Below, piece by piece: positions 52,393-64,000 of a stretch of 64,000 nucleotides of DNA (position 1 is its first letter; each line of letters begins with the position of its first letter). The DNA lies in NCBI RefSeq assembly GCF_006345805.1, contig NC_043009.1, positions 15,252,001-15,316,000 of the forward strand. The letters run 5' to 3'. The stretch comes from Octopus sinensis (lineage: Eukaryota). The notes beneath the pieces were generated by a model. That model was given only the letters and a program-made list of their open reading frames with translations. It did no database searches and was not told the DNA's origin. The position numbers and the translations under genes are program-made.

Positions 52393-52687
52393 CTTTTTGA
52401 TTCCGTGTGTTCTTGCTCCACTTACTCAATGTAAAATATAAACGAGCTTGTATGGTTGTGTATAGAATAATATATATTAATCAATGATATTCCAGCTAAG
52501 TCTGATTCTCACGTTTTACAATTTGCAACTTTTACAATTTTACAATTTTGAAATCACACCAGGAAGCTCTGTACAAAGTAATGGAAATTAAGGAGTCATG
52601 CGTTTGGCACCAACGACCAACGGCACACACATACCACACACATACACACACACACACACACAATATATATATATATATTTATTATAA

Positions 52688-52741
<54 letters not shown>

Positions 52742-52839
52742 ATAATATATAATATGTTGTATGTATGTATGTATGTACCTTCAATATACCTTCTAGCCAT
52801 TCCTATGTATATATAGGAGTGGCTGTATCAATGTATATA

Positions 52840-52980
52840 TAGGCGCAGTATTGGCTGTGAGGTAAGAGAGCTTGCTTCCCAACCACATGGCTCCGAGTTC
52901 AGTCCCACTGTGCTACGACCTCGGGCTGACCAAAACCTTGTGAGTGATTTGGTAGACCGAAACTGAAAAAGCCCATCAAC
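52840..52980 (+). mobile_element. 5' half of SINE family A
   Basis: AGGCGCAGTATTGGCTGTGAGGTAAG...GAGTTCAGTCCC...GAAACTGAAAAAGCCC. Confidence 0.75.
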
Positions 52981-53050
52981 ATATATATATATATATATTA
53001 TATATATATAATATATATATATATATATTTTTAATTTATTATATAGAAGG

Positions 53051-53101
53051 AGCTTCTACAGGACTAGTACTGTTTCATTCAAGAGAAATCTTCAGGAGGC
53101 T
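53051..53101 (-). ncRNA. Type I hammerhead in the left palindrome arm
   Basis: Same as 53566-53616 except AGCCTC in stem I, which gives one C-A mismatch. Confidence 0.75.
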
Positions 53102-53565
53102 ATTTAACAAGAATTGTATTAGCATTTATACATTTAGGCAGGTTTAAAGGAGTGGTGGTGGGGGGACTTTTTTGGGGGTAGGCATAGCGCAAAATATCAT
53201 ACTTGGGGGAGTGGTCAAGGAGTCAGTGGTAAGTTAGATGAAAGAATAGATAAATAAAAAATAAAAAAAAAAATAAAAAAAAAAAAATAAAAAAAATAAA
53301 AAAAAAAATAAAAAAAAAAAATAAAAAATAAAAAATAAAAAATAAAAAATATTTATTTATTTTTATTTTTTATTTTTATTTTTTTTATTTTTATTTTTTA
53401 TTTTTTATTTTTATTTATCTATTCTTTCATCTAACTTACCACTGACTCCTTGACCACTCCCCCAAGTATGATATTTTGCGCTATGCCTACCCCCAAAAAA
53501 GTCCCCCACCACCACTCCTTTAAACCTGCCTAAATGTATAAATGCTAATACAATTCTTGTTAAAT

Positions 53566-53616
53566 AGCTTCCTGAAGATTTCTCTTGAATGAAACAGTAC
53601 TAGTCCTGTAGAAGCT
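53566..53616 (+). ncRNA. Type I hammerhead in the right palindrome arm
   Basis: AGCTTC-CTGAAGA-T-TTC(TCTT)GAA-T-GAAA-CAG(TACTAGTC)CTG-TA-GAAGCT has a 6-bp stem I, 3-bp stem III with ACTAGT in the loop and a GUA site after 53610. Confidence 0.82.
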
Positions 53617-53726
53617 CCTTCTATATAATAAATTAATTTTACTCTGCTATGTATTGAGTACCTTACTTACTGTGGTTAACCCCGGATCAACCCGGGACCT
53701 ACATATATATATATATATATATATAT

Positions 53727-54077
<351 letters not shown>

Positions 54078-55572
54078 CATACGTACATGGTGGCAAAATT
54101 GGAAATATTTGTAGTTGATGCAGATGTTTTGAGGGACACTATAATGATAATTTATATTTGGGTGTCAAATGTGTCTGTGACCAGATACTGTTGGTTGGGG
54201 CGGGGGCTGCTTGTTCTGAATCGACGCTATGGAAATTCTCACGTTTAAATGACTTAAGTTTTTGAAAGATGCGTTTGCATGATTGACTAACATGGGGTTT
54301 TTGTTTAGTTGTTGGGTCTTTCAGAAGAGAACCTATTGGCATCTATTTATGGCAAGTTTTGTTGCCTGTTTCGTATGGTTGTCCACTTTATCTTTTTAAA
54401 ATATACTGTCTATGCCAGAGACTTGTCATCTTTTCAGGTAATGGGGAAAATCCTCTGAGTAAGAGATAATAAAATTATGCGTGTGTTGTTTAAGTCACGT
54501 TGACAAATGCGTTGCTGTTAACCCAATACATGTTCCTGTAAGTGGTACTGTAGTATTCTTGTTAATGCTGCATTTTAGATAAAAAATACTTCTGATATCA
54601 TTCCTTTGTAAATGGCAGACAGGACATTGAAATTGCAAGTATTTTATCTCCATAAGAAGGGTTCTTTCTTAAGGGAAAGTGAATAAAATAAAATATACTT
54701 GTTTGTTGGACACTCTAATAATAGGCTTTAGCTCTGGTGTAAGTTTAGCATAATCACTGTATTAGGATCTCTCTGATCAGGTCTCTTGTCTAAGTATATT
54801 TCTCTACATTTTTGCTACAACTCATACCGGTTGCAAAAATATGATGGCCATTTAACTTCCGCTTCTGGTAAAGCCAAAAATGTCGAGAAAGAAAGCAACA
54901 CCTTCCTTTCCTTAATTAGCTCATTTCTACTAAAAAAAAAAAGCAGTGTTTTAGATTGGTAACCCAAGAAAAAAAGTAAGTTTCAGTTTTGCAAGAATTA
55001 TCAAAAGTCAAAATATTATCTGATTATAAGGCAAATGGAAATAAAATTGAAAATTTATAAATTACTAAGTAATTTTAATGTATTACTCCTTAATATTTGG
55101 CTGATAGGCCAAAAAAGCTACGCCTCGAAATATCAAAATTCTTCTTAGCATTATGGTTCTTATATAAACATTACGAACTATAATATGGGTTATAGAAATG
55201 AACCATCTTTTCCAGATCTAGTGCATTCCTTTATAAGTGGCACAAAAAATATTAATATTAATTGGCGTCCTTCTACTACACAAACAATGAACATACAATT
55301 AATTCTCAAAAATGGTAATATTTGGAGAGGGTGGGAAACGTGAGTAATTTATTCCTTTTAAAATAACCCCGGAGAAATTTTTTAACGTCCTATTACGACA
55401 TAAAAAATGGCTGTCTTTAGAACAGAATAATTCCAGGAATGTATATGCATGATATCTATGTAATACATCATTTGAGACTAATAATGGATGGGTGTACACA
55501 CATACGCCCAAACACACACTCACACACACACACTCCCACACTCATAGTATAAAATATTATGTAAGTATGTAA

Positions 55573-55637
<65 letters not shown>

Positions 55638-56329
55638 TGTGTGTCTGTGAGTGCGTGTGTATGCTTGTGTATAGTTATGTATGCACATACAAGTAATATG
55701 TTTTACACTCTTTAACGGGATTTCTTGAAATGTTCAGACAAAATAGAATATTCAGTATAAAGTCTGTGATAAATGGCAAGGTATTGGAAATTAATTGGAT
55801 GAAATTAGAGTATACAAAAGAAACATAAACACGGTACATTGCAGAGGAAATTAAGTGCTAACAAATAAAACAAACAGTTCAAATAGCTGAAGGGGTGAGT
55901 TAGACAGGAAAGCATTTAAATTTGAAATTCATGTTAGTACGTATATTCAATGGTAAAATAGGAATGAAAGCGATTACCACATAGGTCACAAGTCTTTTGA
56001 TCTATGCTGGAGACTCGTCAATAGAAAAATGAAAGAGAATGTCCGTTTAAATAAAAGAGTTTGAAAAGCTATAATTACCCATGCAGTATTTAATATGATA
56101 TCTTCTGTAATACAGGAAAGAGAAAATTAATTGCAAAGGCAACGAATCTTTTTTATCTATCCACACATCTCCCTACTCCTACCCTCTCTCCCACACACTC
56201 TCTATATATATGCATATATATATATATAGACACACATATATATATATATGCATACATATACAAACAGAAACACTCATATATACAAACACACACAAACATA
56301 CACGCTCAAACACACGCACATACATATAC

Positions 56330-56700
56330 TCTTTTACTCTTTTACTTGTTTCAGTCATTTGACTGCGGCCGTGCTGGAGCACCACCTTTTAGTACTTATT
56401 CTATCGGTCTCTTTTTGCCGAACCGCTAAGTGACGGGGACGTAAACACACCAGCATCGATTGTCAAGCAATGCTAGGGGGACAAACACAGACACACAAAC
56501 ACACACACATATACATATATATATACATATATACGACAGGCTTCTTTCAGTTTCCGTCTACCAAATCCACTCACAAGGCATTGGTCGGCCCGGGGCTATA
56601 GCAGAAGACACTTGCCCAAGATGCCACGCAGTGGGACTGAACCCGCAACCGTGTGGTTGGTTAGCAAGCTACCTACCACACAGCCACTCCTGCGCCTATT
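56330..56700 (-). mobile_element. Full-length SINE family A, low divergence
   Basis: Near-collinear with 41571-41965, with clear A/B boxes on the minus strand. Confidence 0.85.
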
Positions 56701-57914
56701 TAACATTTTAAAGAATACATATATATATTATGTATTATATATATATAATATATTATATATATATATATAATATTATATATATATAATATATGATATATAT
56801 ACATACATACATACATACATACAAACACCTGGTGTGTGGTAAGAAGTTTGCTTCCCAAACCACTTTTCAAAGAAAATATGTAGTGTGCTTACATCCCGGT
56901 AGGTAAACGGTTCGGCAAAACAGACCTGTAGAATAAGGACCAGGCCTAAAAATAAATGCGATCTGGGGGCGATACGTTCAACTAAAATTCTTCTAAGCGA
57001 TGCCCCGACGTGGCCGCTGTTTAAAGGCTGCTTAAACACACACACACACACACATATATATTGTTAAAAATAATTGAAAAAGCGATTGATCACTGCTTCA
57101 AGCCTTTTAACTCTCTTTCGTGTGTTGCTGCTAAGCACTGTCGTATAAACCTCCCATTGGGAAGGGAGTGTTCAGTGTTTGAGATTTGGCTGAACCATAG
57201 ATTGTCACTAACAGGTCATCGGGTTCATGTGGCAATTAAAATCTTGTTCTGAGCCAAGTATACAAGTTAAAGAATTTTGTATTAAAGAATTCAGGCTATA
57301 GTGAAATATTTCATGCATGAGTGCTTGTTCCTATTTGTAAGCATAGGGTGTCCGAGTGCATTCGTTCGTTCGTAAGAATTGTTCATTGATATGTGAAAAT
57401 ACACACACACCAAGCGAAGCGCATACACACATATATGCATATATATATATATATATCATATATATATATATATATATATGTATTCATTTACGTACACGTA
57501 TACGCACACGTGCAAGCATAATCAATAAAGATATACACACACAATCATACATATACAGGAAACGCGTAAAGGCACGAGTAAATATTTTTGAAGATGCACG
57601 CATTTTGTATCACCTTCAGCAACTTACTGAAATACGCTCAGTAAGTGTAGTGAGTGGGTGAAGTTTTCCCTACTGTATGTGTATGTCCACCAAATGCTAG
57701 GTTCGCTTGTCACCAGCGGGCCTGCGAAAGTAAAGTATAATTTTGTCTAAATGCAGTGTTGTTATTGGTCAGTGGTGGACCTCATCCGTCATAAGTGGAC
57801 AGTCATCATCATTATGTATGTATATATATATATATTATATATATATATACATGATGATGATGGCTGTCCACGCACACACGAGCAAACATATATGTATGAG
57901 TACATATATACATA

Positions 57915-58000
57915 CATATGTGTATATATAATATTATTGTACAGAATCCACTTTTCATCGCAAGTTATAATACGGTCGAGAAATAGATCAGTCTGATTAT
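57915..58000 (-). mobile_element. Mariner transposase fragment
   Basis: FLDRIITCDEKWILYNN, the first catalytic Asp motif of mariner transposases. Confidence 0.7.
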
Positions 58001-58825
58001 GGAGACTGTTAGTATAAAAGACTTTCTCATAGTTGCCAAGAACTACTACCAATCCCAACAGTAACATTGTATCTTGTCATTGCTATTGTGGCCCCTCTCC
58101 CTATTAAGTTGTCACACACAGACACAGTCTTTTCAGTTTCTTGACCGTTAATTCTTGATCTCTCTCTCTCTCTCCATTCAACACACACTTACACGCATTC
58201 AAAGACGCACACACACATACGTTAAGGCAATTTTACACACTCATACATTCGAGCATTCATTCATAAAATAAATCAAATATAAACACCAGTCATACAGAAT
58301 ACATTCACACTCTTTAATTTTCCTATACCTTCCTTCTACTACCTTGATTCTGCCCTTGAACTATGTCAAAGGACAATTTCTTCTGCTTTCATCCAATCTG
58401 GCGTCAACCCCTATAAATAGACATTTTTTATCATTATTTTTATGGGCTCCTCGTGAGCAGTCGTCGAAAAGCTTGTTGTGCATTTTGTTGGAGAATTAAG
58501 TTCCTGGATTTTCCTGAAGAGAAAGCTACATAATAGACTCTTTATTCACTCGGAATTAGGGACTTTGCAGACTTCGAAACATATGTCGAAAATAAAATAA
58601 AGGAATTTTGTTAATTCTTCGTTCAGCTCCATTCTTTCCTATACTTAATATGTAAAACTTCAAATTTCCGCACTAAGGCACGGACTTTATGCCCTATGGT
58701 CGTAACTTCAACCGTGCCCTTTCTGTTGTGAATTTTGCTACCCAGGTATCGGTTATCTTTCGAATTATCCGTAATAAGATAATTCATTTGTCTACTTAGA
58801 TATATATATATATATATATACATAT

Positions 58826-58985
58826 ATACGACGGGCTACTTTCAGTTTCCGTCTACCAAATCCATTCACAAGGCTTTGGTCGGCCCGAGGCTATAGTAGA
58901 AGACACTTGCCCTAGGTGCCACGCAGTGGGACTGAACACGGAACCATATGGTTAGTAAGCAATCTTCTTACCACACAGCCACTCC
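58826..58985 (-). mobile_element. 5' half of SINE family A
   Basis: ACGACGGGCTACTTTCAGTTTCCGTCTACCAAATCC...CTTACCACACAGCCACTCCT. Confidence 0.8.
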
Positions 58986-59409
58986 TGAATGTATACGAAT
59001 ACTAAGATTATACATGGTCATATAAATATATGGATATATATATACAAAATTGTAATGGAATATAGATAAAATTAATAATGGATTGTAGATAAAAAAAAAC
59101 ACTATTTTTAGATAAAAATATACTTTAGAGAGAATAATAGGCATTAAAAAGTGCTTTGGGTACATGTTAGAATAAAATAAGTATTCCAGCGATTGTTTCT
59201 GGGGTTAATTCTTTGAAATAACAAATGAATCTAAAGCTTTATTTTCAGAGAATGTCTCCTTCATCTGGGAAAAATGATGTTTACGCTAAATTTGCGTTCA
59301 TTTCTTGGAATATTATATTTTCTTCTAACCTGTAACTCAAAACTCTTGAACCATATTTTCATTTGAGAAAATCGTTTCTTTTTTATCTATATTCCATTAT
59401 TATTATTAT

Positions 59410-60210
59410 TATTATCATTATTCTGTTTGACTTTTGCTTTATGTCTGTATAAGTTGGCTCCAAGTCTAACCCAGAGACCTCAAGAGACAACAGGTTGGGA
59501 GTTCTGTGCCATATATTTGGGTTTTTTTTTTTTTTGGTGTTGTACTAGTGAATGTCTAATACATAAAAATAAAAAATAAATAAATAAATAAAAAAATAAA
59601 TAAATAAAAATAAATTTTAAAAAAGTTTGTTTTAAACCTTGGGATTACATAGAGAGTATTTTGCGTAGGATATGAGCAGTTCCCATGAGCACTATCTTTT
59701 GAATTTCTGCCATTTTGGGGTTTCCTGGTATCTGAGTTAGGTAGCAATCAGTCCCTTTCGCTATCATTCCCAGGGCACCTATGACAACAGGTATTGTTTT
59801 AGTCTTCAGCTTCCACATTTTGCTGATTTCTATTTCAAGATCTTTATATTTGCTCAGTTTTTGGTAGGTCTTGACAGATACGTTTATATCGATTGGGACA
59901 GTCATATCAATGAGGAGGCATGTTCTTTGTCTGAAGTCTTTCAATATGATGTCTGGCCTATTTGCATCTATCTTTCTGTCAGTTTGAATGGTGAAGTTCC
60001 AGAGGAGTGAGATGTGGTCATTTTCAAGCACAGGAGGTGGATTGTGTTCCCACCAGTTTTTTTCATGGGGCAAATCTAGGTTTTTGCAAATTGCCCAGTG
60101 AATATATTGTGCAGCTCTATCATGCCTACTGAGGTACTTACTCTGTAGGCGCTAGAAGACTACATTTGGAGACAACATGGTCAATGGTTTCATTTTGTTG
60201 TCGGCATACA
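59410..60210 (-). mobile_element. 5'-truncated R4/Dong-like non-LTR retrotransposon flanked by (AAT)n on both sides
   Basis: KCRVCRQQNETIDHVVSKC (CCHC), a frameshift, then WNFTIQTDRKIDANRPDIILKD...LIDMTVP...KLSKYKDL...IPVVIGALG (RLE domain), stop and 3' UTR. AAT repeats at both junctions. Confidence 0.85.
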
Positions 60211-60215
60211 CGACA

Positions 60216-60265
<50 letters not shown>

Positions 60266-60557
60266 TATTATTATTATTATTATCATTATTATTATTATTA
60301 TTATCTATATTCCATTGGTATCCTTTATGTATATCCATACATTTATATATCCATATATAGTATTAGGATTCATCTACTTCAATATTTTTTTTTATATTTA
60401 TGTCTCTTATATATCAAAATATGTTCCAGCTTAGACAATTCCCATTTGTATCTTAATTAAACCCATATACTCTAGTGTGTGTTAACCGTTGTTTGCCTTT
60501 TTGTAAAAAACTTTTCTAGGAATCCATTATGCTAATATATATATATATATATACATA

Positions 60558-60615
<58 letters not shown>

Positions 60616-60658
60616 TATATTATCTAATATATATATGTATATTTATAAATATATATAT

Positions 60659-60723
<65 letters not shown>

Positions 60724-60882
60724 ATAATATATATGTATGCATATAATATTATATTGCGTTAAAGCGGCGATTGGAAGAACCATTACCACACTGGATAAAA
60801 TGCTTCCCAGCATATCGTCTGTCTTATGGTTTGGGGTTCAAATTCCGCCGAGCGTAAATCATTTGTGGGCAGACGAAATAAC

Positions 60883-60925
60883 TACCAATCATGTACCAAT
60901 CATGTACCAATCATGTACCAATCAT
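60883..60925. repeat. 11-bp tandem repeat (TACCAATCATG) x ~3.9
   Basis: Seen directly. Confidence 0.9.
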
Positions 60926-61467
60926 TCTCATCGATTTTGTCCTCCTCTCCAAAACTTCCTGGTCCATTGCATTAAAGTGATTAAGGTGAGTTTTCATCAG
61001 TAGCTGGTAATTAACAGACGCTGAAGACAGGCAACACCCAGATACTCGAGTCCGTGCGCATCACGTAAGGTTAGTGATGGGAGCGATGACCTCCCCACGC
61101 AAAAACTAATCGGGCGCAGAATGTGTGTCGTTAACCAGTGGGAAGAGATGTCTTTCTGGGACTATAAACGCCAGTGGCACTGTCCTATATGGGACACAAC
61201 ACTTGATTGCCGTTTATACACACACATATATATATATATATATCATATAAAACACGCACACACACACACATACACATGTGTGTGTGTGTCCGCGCGTGCG
61301 CACATTAATCTGCATTAGTGAGATGGCGCCTGGCATAACTAGATCTGATGTACATTGAGTATATCCCTACAGGAGAAAGTATTATGCTTCATTCTTTCTA
61401 CATCGAAAGTTACACACACACACACTCACACACACAACACACCACCACACTCACACAACCACACACA

Positions 61468-61517
<50 letters not shown>

Positions 61518-62394
61518 ATATATGTTTATATATATGCATATGTTTTATTTCATTTATTAATATATTATATGACTAAACGCACGCACCCCCTTAAGTAAGA
61601 TTGTTCTGTATATCAAGTTTTGGTCTTGATATTAACTCTGACGCGCACTCTTCACCATTCTGTCCCATCCCTATTCTTTGATTTTCTTTTCCTCTACTTA
61701 ACTGGTCTCTTCTCTCTCTCTCTCATTCTTCACTCTCTCTCTCTTCACCATTCTTCATGGTTTCCTCGCAGCCATTCCCCTTCTTCTCTCCCTTCCTCTT
61801 GCTCCTCTCCCCCTTCCGTCGTCCACCCGCGACAATACTTCCGCTCTGACTATCTTTCTGGCCTGGCCTTTCAAGGTAACTGGACGACATTCTTCCTGCC
61901 CCCCTGTCGTTCACAAAAAATTCTTCGTTTGCAATACTTTTTTCGTTCCCTTTCCTGTCTTTTACTGTTTATATTTTTGTACTGTCGTTACCGTCCTGTT
62001 TTTTTTTTACCATTTTCTACCATTTTTTACCCCTCTGCGAAAAGATCTCAGAATTTTAATTGATTTGCTTTTCGCAGGAAGGAAAGTTTCTTGTCAAAGA
62101 TACGTCTCGCTTTTATCCTTCGAAACGTAGAGTAGATGAAACCATAGCGACTGAAGAAGGGGTTTTTCCTTGTGTTAATTGTCCTGTACTCTATTTTTTT
62201 GTTGTTTTAATAAAATGTCCTGTTCCTTTGGTTTGTGTCTATGTTTTCGTTTCTCTATGTGTTCAACGTCCCTTTGGTGTCCTGTACTCATATATGCGTG
62301 TATATGTACATGTAGAGGTAGGTACGTACATATATGTTTATATATATGCATATGTTTTATTTCATTTATTAATATATATATATATATATGTTTT

Positions 62395-62840
62395 CTTATT
62401 TTATGTGTTTCAGTCATTTGAGCGCAACCATGCTCGAGCACGACCTTTAGTCATGCAAATTGATCTCAGGACTTATTGTTTGTAAGCCTAGTACTCATTT
62501 GATAGTTTCCTTTTGCCGAACCGCTAAGTTACGAGGAGGGACGTAAACACACTACCGTCGGTTGTCAAGCAATGAGACAAACGCAGACACACAAACATAT
62601 ATATATACATACAAGCACAAACACATACATATACACACACAAACACACATATATATATATATATGAAGCCCGTCGTATATATATATATACGACGGGCTTC
62701 ATTCAGGTTCCGTCTACCAAATCCAGTCACAAGGCTTTGGTCGGCCCGAGGCTATAACAGAAGACACTTGCTCAAGGTCTCACGCAGAGGAACTGAACCT
62801 GGAACCATGTGGTTGGTAAGCAAGTTTTCACCACACAGTA
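62395..62840 (-). mobile_element. SINE family A, near full length
   Basis: Collinear with 56330-56700. Confidence 0.8.
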
Positions 62841-62959
62841 ATGCCTGCACCTTAGAAAGCGTTCCCATGCCGAGTATCGAACTTGGGACGCCTGGGTGAA
62901 AGCCAGGATATGTGTGTGTACGCGCGTGTGTGTGTGTCTCGGTATGGGAACGCATCTTA

Positions 62960-63190
62960 GGCACAGGCATGGCTGTGTGGTAACAACTTGCTTCTCAACC
63001 GCTTTGTTCCGGTTCCCGTCCCATTACGTGGCACCTTGGTCAAATGTTTTCTGTTCTAACCTCGGGCCGACCAAAATCTCGTGAGTGGATTTGGTAGACG
63101 GAAACTGAATAAAGCCCGTCGTATGCATATATATATATATGTGTGTGTGTGTTTGTGTCTGTGTGTGTTTGTGTGTGTATGGTTTCTCTC
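62960..63190 (+). mobile_element. 5' half of SINE family A, head-to-head with 62395-62840
   Basis: AGGCACAGGCATGGCTGTGTGGTAAC...CCTCGGGCCGACCAAAATCTCGTGAGTGGATTTGGTAGACGGAAACTG. Confidence 0.75.
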
Positions 63191-64000
63191 TAACATAGTA
63201 ACTAAGAAGAAAGCCTGATTTATTTGTATATTATTGCACACAGAAACGCATAGCAAATCTAACAAGAAGCTCTTACAATATGAATGGAATGGACTTCGAA
63301 GAATTAAAGTCTAAACGTAAACGAGAAGGAAATGAAATATAATAGCTGTAAATAAGCCAAGCATAACCTATGCCTGATTTATGCATTTATATGGCCAAAG
63401 TTTTATTAACTGGATGCACCATACTTAGATACAAATTAACTGGGCCAACGACGCCGACCTGATGAGAACGACATTGGATCATTATTCATGTTACAGGGAC
63501 ATGCTTACATTGCTGGATACAATCAAATGAGATTTGAATACGCTTACTATATTAAAGGTATGGTTCAATTCCGAAAAATTGCACCATATTTTTTATCAAA
63601 ATCTTCTACACTGTCCAACGAGAAGTGTATTTGGGGGCACAAGAAGCTCGTACCACCGCTCACAATTCCCTTAGTCATATATTTTCAAATATTGTGGGGT
63701 AAAGGCTATGTATTATTCCACTTGTAGATAATGAAATCATGAACATGATTTCCAGCATGAGCAGGCATACCACATAACCTTAAAACTGTCACCATTTTCC
63801 CATTTTCTATGAAAACAATAGAAATAGTACGTAATTTTTACAACGATTTGCTCTATTGAATTGGTAACCTAAAGTATTGCACATACAGTGAATTAGAGTT
63901 CTTCTGACATTTACAGATGTATCTATCAGTTTGTATTATTTGGAACACAGAAATAACATAAATTTCTTCCTATATAGATATTAACAGATTATCTATAGGA

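Larger units (their letters stand above)
53031..53636. repeat. ~606-bp near-perfect palindrome with an A-rich/T-rich centre
   Basis: Arms 53031-~53350 and ~53351-53636 are reverse complements. One mismatch was noticed outside the homopolymeric centre. The element is bounded by (TA)n at 52980-53028 and from 53702. Confidence 0.95.

Noticed and set aside
60883-60925. CRISPR-like array
   Set aside because: It is a head-to-tail 11-bp tandem repeat without spacers in a eukaryotic context.
62030-62170. CCTTC-GAAA-CG-TA followed later by CTGAAGA-AGGG (possible type II hammerhead)
   Set aside because: There is no credible stem I in either the type I or type II topology.

Overview
AT-rich, microsatellite-saturated animal DNA. 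The repeat landscape looks cephalopod/octopus-like, which is an inference and not a database result. There is no confidently identifiable host gene, and most short ORFs in the supplied track are microsatellite artefacts. The one long ORF (17382-19499, 705 aa) is an apparently intact Penelope-like retroelement (PLE) with reverse transcriptase and a C-terminal GIY-YIG endonuclease. It lies between two identical pseudo-LTR (pLTR) segments that each carry a type I hammerhead ribozyme (HHR) motif. A third, inverted pLTR copy lies upstream, and the 2.07-kb block between it and the element appears to be captured from the nearby locus at 11179-11350. The window holds about 8 well-formed and about 5 decayed hammerhead motifs from several unrelated sequence families. 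Most sit in short non-coding fold-back elements whose two 3' ends both abut (TA)n tracts. One motif (33423-33473) has a compensatory G3-C8 swap of the normally invariant C3-G8 core pair. Another element is a ~600-bp near-perfect palindrome with a ribozyme in each arm. The rest is decayed PLE, Tx1/L1, RTE, R4/Dong-like, Tc1 and mariner remnants, a MITE, many tRNA-derived SINEs and simple repeats. All calls were made by eye with no alignments or folding run, so boundaries of old repeats are approximate.
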